IMG/VR virus record: IMGVR_UViG_3300048598_000494
Span: 1 to 50,965 of that record
Source: a virus
Taxonomy: Duplodnaviria; Caudoviricetes
Direction: 5' to 3' (one strand)
Length of the DNA: 50,965 bases
Below are positions 47,554 through 50,965 of this stretch, in pieces. The notes under the pieces are model-generated. The model was not told the DNA's origin. It ran no database searches and saw only the letters and a list, made by a program, of their open reading frames with translations. Numbering within the stretch: the stretch's first letter is position 1; each line of letters begins with the position of its first letter. Made by a program: the position numbers and the translations under genes.

Positions 47554-47784
47554 ATGAGCAACTTGGTGCAGACGTGCCTCGTCATCATTCAGCTTTCGAC
47601 CGGGGAACCGGCGGCGACGATGTTGTGGCCTGATGGACCGGAGGCCCGCGCCGTCTGCGAAGACTACGCGCCGAAGTGGAACAAGGAAGCCGAGGCGAAG
47701 GGGTTCCGAGCCGAGTGCCGCCCTGCCGTCCCGTGCCCTCAGTTGAAGGACCCGGTTGGATGGAGTGGGGAGCCGAAGCCGTGA
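47554..47784 (+). CDS. Hypothetical protein
   Basis: Operonic spacing, GGAGG upstream. Confidence 0.55.
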   Translation: MSNLVQTCLVIIQLSTGEPAATMLWPDGPEARAVCEDYAPKWNKEAEAKGFRAECRPAVPCPQLKDPVGWSGEPKP

Positions 47785-48419
47785 CCGACAAAACGCTCAT
47801 CATCGAACTGACCGTCGGCCCCAACCTGGCCAGCACCAATCACTATGCCATGCCGGACGAGAAGGAAGCCGAACATCTCGACTTCTATTCGACCGGCTTC
47901 GTCGCGGGGTACTCGGAACGCCTTGCCGAGTCCGCCGGCTGGCGCGGGTTCTTCGTCGGCCTTGCCATCGGCGCGACGCTGATCGGCTACATCGTCACCG
48001 CCTCGACGGCCCGCGCCGAGACCATCGACGGCGATCGCATCCGCATCATCGACGGCGATACCGTCGCGCTGCCGTGCGATCCGGCCCGCGGGATCTACCC
48101 CGGCTGCGCCGAGCGCGTCCGCCTCGTCGGCATCGACGCGCCGGAGACCGCCCCCCGCGCCCGCTGCGAGGCGGAGGCCGTCGCCGGCCTCGAGGCCAAG
48201 GCGACGCTCGCCGGCCTGATCAGAGGCCGCTCGGTCGAGATCACCCGCACCGGCGTCGATCGCTACGGCCGCACCCTGGCGCGCCTGACGGCCGGTGGCA
48301 GCGACGTCGACGCCGCGATGCTCGCCGCCGGCGCCGCCATCCCCTACGCCCCCGGTCGCGCCGCTTGGGGCCTGCGCTGCCGCCACTGGTGCCCGTCGGC
48401 ACCGCGCTGCGAGGAGTGA
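47781..48419 (+). CDS. Thermonuclease (SNase-like) with hydrophobic segment
   Basis: IDGDT, RL.GIDAPE, DRYGR.LA; start uncertain. Confidence 0.85.
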   Translation: MTDKTLIIELTVGPNLASTNHYAMPDEKEAEHLDFYSTGFVAGYSERLAESAGWRGFFVGLAIGATLIGYIVTASTARAETIDGDRIRIIDGDTVALPCDPARGIYPGCAERVRLVGIDAPETAPRARCEAEAVAGLEAKATLAGLIRGRSVEITRTGVDRYGRTLARLTAGGSDVDAAMLAAGAAIPYAPGRAAWGLRCRHWCPSAPRCEE

Positions 48420-48424
48420 CGATC

Positions 48425-49525
48425 ATGGCCGACAAGACCGCCATCGAATGGGCCGACGCGACCATCAACCCGGTCCGCGCGCGCCGAATGGACGATGTCG
48501 TCGAGCCGCGCCGTCGCATGGGCTGGCACTGCGAGCACGTCTCGGAGGGCTGCCGCAACTGCTACGCCGAGGCCCTGAACCGCGACCGCTTCGGCACCGG
48601 CCTCGACTACAAGCCCGGCCACCTCGTCGCGAAGGGCGGGACGGTCAAGATCTATCTCGCCGCCCGGGCGCTGACCGACATGCTGAGCTGGCGCCGCCCG
48701 CGCCGGATCTTCGTCTGTTCGATGACGGACCTCTTCGCCGACTTCGTCCCCGACTGGATGATCGACCGCGTCTTCGCCGCCATGGCGCTGGCGCCACAGC
48801 ACACGTTCATGCTGCTGACCAAGCGGCCCGAGCGGATGCGGGAGTACCTGTTTTCAATCAGCGCCGCCGGGCTGAATGGTCGCCAGATGGAGATGCGCGC
48901 CGCGGTCCGTGACATCAGCCCAGAAAAGGCGACGCTGGCCGAGACCGAGGCCGTAATCCGTGTTTCCGGGGCAAGAGAAACAGGAACTTGGGCGCCCCTC
49001 CCCAACGTCTGGCTCGGCGTCACCGCCGAGGACCAGACCCGGGCCGACGAGCGCATCCCGGTGCTGCTCGCGACGCCGGCGGCAAAGCGGTTCGTGTCGG
49101 TCGAGCCGATGTTGGGGGCGGTCGATTTGACCAACCTCGACAACACAGGGACCTGTCGCCAGGAAAAGCGGCATGGGATCAACGCACTCTGGAAAACGTC
49201 CCTACGCCCCCGCCTCGACTGGGTGATCTGCGGCGGCGAAAGCGGCCCGAACGCCAGACCACGACATCCGGTCTGGGTGCGGTCTCTTCGCGACCAGTGC
49301 GCCGCGGCAGGAGTTGCCTTCTTCGACAAACAGCAAGGCGAGTGGGCCGCGCGCTCGAATGCCCCGACGAAGTGGAGCCGGGCGTGGTGCGCCCGGAACG
49401 ACGGGACGTTCGTGTCGATGGACGACTACGATCCCGCGACCTGCGAAATCCTGTTCGACGTCGGCAAACGCGCCGCCGGCCGCCTCCTCGACGGCGTCGA
49501 GCATCTCGCCTTTCCGGAGACGTGA
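48425..49525 (+). CDS. Phage Gp37Gp68 (DUF5131) family protein
   Basis: T.IEW, C..VS.GC.NCYA, SMTDLF, LTKRP, SVEP.LG, GGESG..AR. Confidence 0.92.
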   Translation: MADKTAIEWADATINPVRARRMDDVVEPRRRMGWHCEHVSEGCRNCYAEALNRDRFGTGLDYKPGHLVAKGGTVKIYLAARALTDMLSWRRPRRIFVCSMTDLFADFVPDWMIDRVFAAMALAPQHTFMLLTKRPERMREYLFSISAAGLNGRQMEMRAAVRDISPEKATLAETEAVIRVSGARETGTWAPLPNVWLGVTAEDQTRADERIPVLLATPAAKRFVSVEPMLGAVDLTNLDNTGTCRQEKRHGINALWKTSLRPRLDWVICGGESGPNARPRHPVWVRSLRDQCAAAGVAFFDKQQGEWAARSNAPTKWSRAWCARNDGTFVSMDDYDPATCEILFDVGKRAAGRLLDGVEHLAFPET

Positions 49526-49527
49526 CC

Positions 49528-49812
49528 ATGGCGAACACCACGGCACCAGCCACCAGATCAGCCGCACGGCCTGCCCCGCGCCGAGGCCTGCGGCGCGCCG
49601 AGGCGGCCGACTACATCGGCGTGTCTCCTTCCAAGTTCGACGGCCTCGTCGCCGATGGGCGGATGCCGGCGCCCCGGCTTCTCGACGGCTGCGTGATATG
49701 GGATGTCCTGGAGATCGACTCCGCGTTTGACGATCTGCCGCGCAAGGGTCACCCTGAGGCGCCCACGGCGCCCGCCTCGACCTCGGACGTGTGGAGCAAT
49801 CCGCGTGTCTGA
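49528..49812 (+). CDS. Excisionase / AlpA-like HTH protein
   Basis: EAA.YIGVS...F...V..G.MP.P; directly upstream of int. Confidence 0.8.
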   Translation: MANTTAPATRSAARPAPRRGLRRAEAADYIGVSPSKFDGLVADGRMPAPRLLDGCVIWDVLEIDSAFDDLPRKGHPEAPTAPASTSDVWSNPRV

Positions 49813-49822
49813 GGATCTCGCC

Positions 49823-50965
49823 ATGCCGCGGCGCCTGCCGAAATACTGCGTCGAGGACGTCGATCGCCACGGGAATGCGCGCGTCTATCTTCGCCGCAAC
49901 GGCCGCAAGATCCGGATCGTCGGCACGCCGTGGACGGAGCCTTTCATGACCGCCTACGCCGCGGCGCTGCAGACGATGCAGCGGCCGGCGATCGAGGCCG
50001 GCGAGCGGGTCGAGATCAAGCGCTCGGCGCCCGGCACGTTGCGCTGGCTCGGCGAGCAGTATTTCGCGGGATGTGCCGACTACCTCGCCCTCGAGCCGTC
50101 GACGCGCGACGGCTATCGCCGCAGCCTCGAGGGCGCGTGGGAAGAGCCGATCGAACCGGGATCGGTGCACCTCTTCGGCGACATGCCGATCGCCCGGGCG
50201 ACGCCGAAGGCGCTGCGCGTGCTGCGCGACCGCAAGATGGACGCCAAGGAAGCCGGCAACGCGCGCGTCAAGGCGCTGCGCGGGCTCTTCCGCTTCGCGG
50301 TCGAATACGACCACGCGACGACGAACCCGGCCGATTCCGTTCCCTATTTCAAGACCCGGTCGAAGGGCCACCACACCTGGACGGTGGCCGAAGTCGAAGC
50401 CTATGAAGCGCGCCACCCGATCGGCACGACAGCGCGGCTCGCGCTGGCGATCCTGCTCTACACCGGCGTCCGACGGTCCGACGCCGTGCGGATCGGGCCG
50501 CAGCACGCTTCGGACGGGTGGCTGCGGTTCACCGCCTTCAAGAACCGGAATCGCTCGCCCGTCGAGATCAACATCCCGATCCTGCCGACGCTCGCCGCGG
50601 TGATCGAGGGATCGGCGAAAGGGCACCTCGCCTATCTGGTCACGAAGTTCGGAAAGCCCTACTCGATGGGCGGATTTTCCGGCCAGTTCAAGGACTGGTG
50701 CGTCCAGGCCGGATTGCCGCACTGCTGCGCCCACGGCCTGCGCAAGGCCGGAGCGACGCTCGCCGCCGAGGCCGGCGCAACCGAGCGCCAGCTGATGGCG
50801 ATCTTCGGATGGTCCGACGCCAAGACGCCGAGCATCTACACCCGCGCCGCCGACCGAAAGCGCATGGCCGGTGCCGGCATGGGGTTGATCGAAACGGGGC
50901 GAAGCGAGTACAACGAAGTCCCACCGGCCGCCGAGATGGCGTCCAGTGGGACAAAAACAGCCTGA
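49823..50965 (+). CDS. int: Tyrosine integrase
   Basis: TG.RRSD, K, HGLRK, GW, IYT catalytic set. Confidence 0.95.
   Translation: MPRRLPKYCVEDVDRHGNARVYLRRNGRKIRIVGTPWTEPFMTAYAAALQTMQRPAIEAGERVEIKRSAPGTLRWLGEQYFAGCADYLALEPSTRDGYRRSLEGAWEEPIEPGSVHLFGDMPIARATPKALRVLRDRKMDAKEAGNARVKALRGLFRFAVEYDHATTNPADSVPYFKTRSKGHHTWTVAEVEAYEARHPIGTTARLALAILLYTGVRRSDAVRIGPQHASDGWLRFTAFKNRNRSPVEINIPILPTLAAVIEGSAKGHLAYLVTKFGKPYSMGGFSGQFKDWCVQAGLPHCCAHGLRKAGATLAAEAGATERQLMAIFGWSDAKTPSIYTRAADRKRMAGAGMGLIETGRSEYNEVPPAAEMASSGTKTA

Overview
A GC-rich alphaproteobacterial (Hyphomicrobiales-like, inferred) window. One host gene (GT2 glycosyltransferase, 1-1728) is followed by an apparently complete ~49 kb temperate prophage that runs to the window edge. 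The left junction is a 22-nt 5' fragment of a tRNA-Gly (1744-1765) plus an AT-rich att arm; the tyrosine integrase ends at base 50965 and attR lies outside the window. The minus strand carries cro, a cII-like gene, a DnaA-domain-IV protein, two DNA methyltransferases, primase, SF3 helicase, an iteron origin, a lambda-like head module, a Mu-like contractile tail, a multi-gene fibre module, a lysis cassette and a terminal D12-class adenine methyltransferase. The plus strand carries cI, a HicAB pair and an early operon (HD protein, DUF2303, truncated beta-clamp, MazG-like, ASCH-like, SSB, SNase, Gp37Gp68, xis, int). The most notable items are a perfect four-way-junction RNA with a LexA box in front of the terminal methylase, integration into the 5' end of a tRNA, and a beta-clamp lacking domain I. 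All family assignments come from motif recognition by eye; no searches were run.
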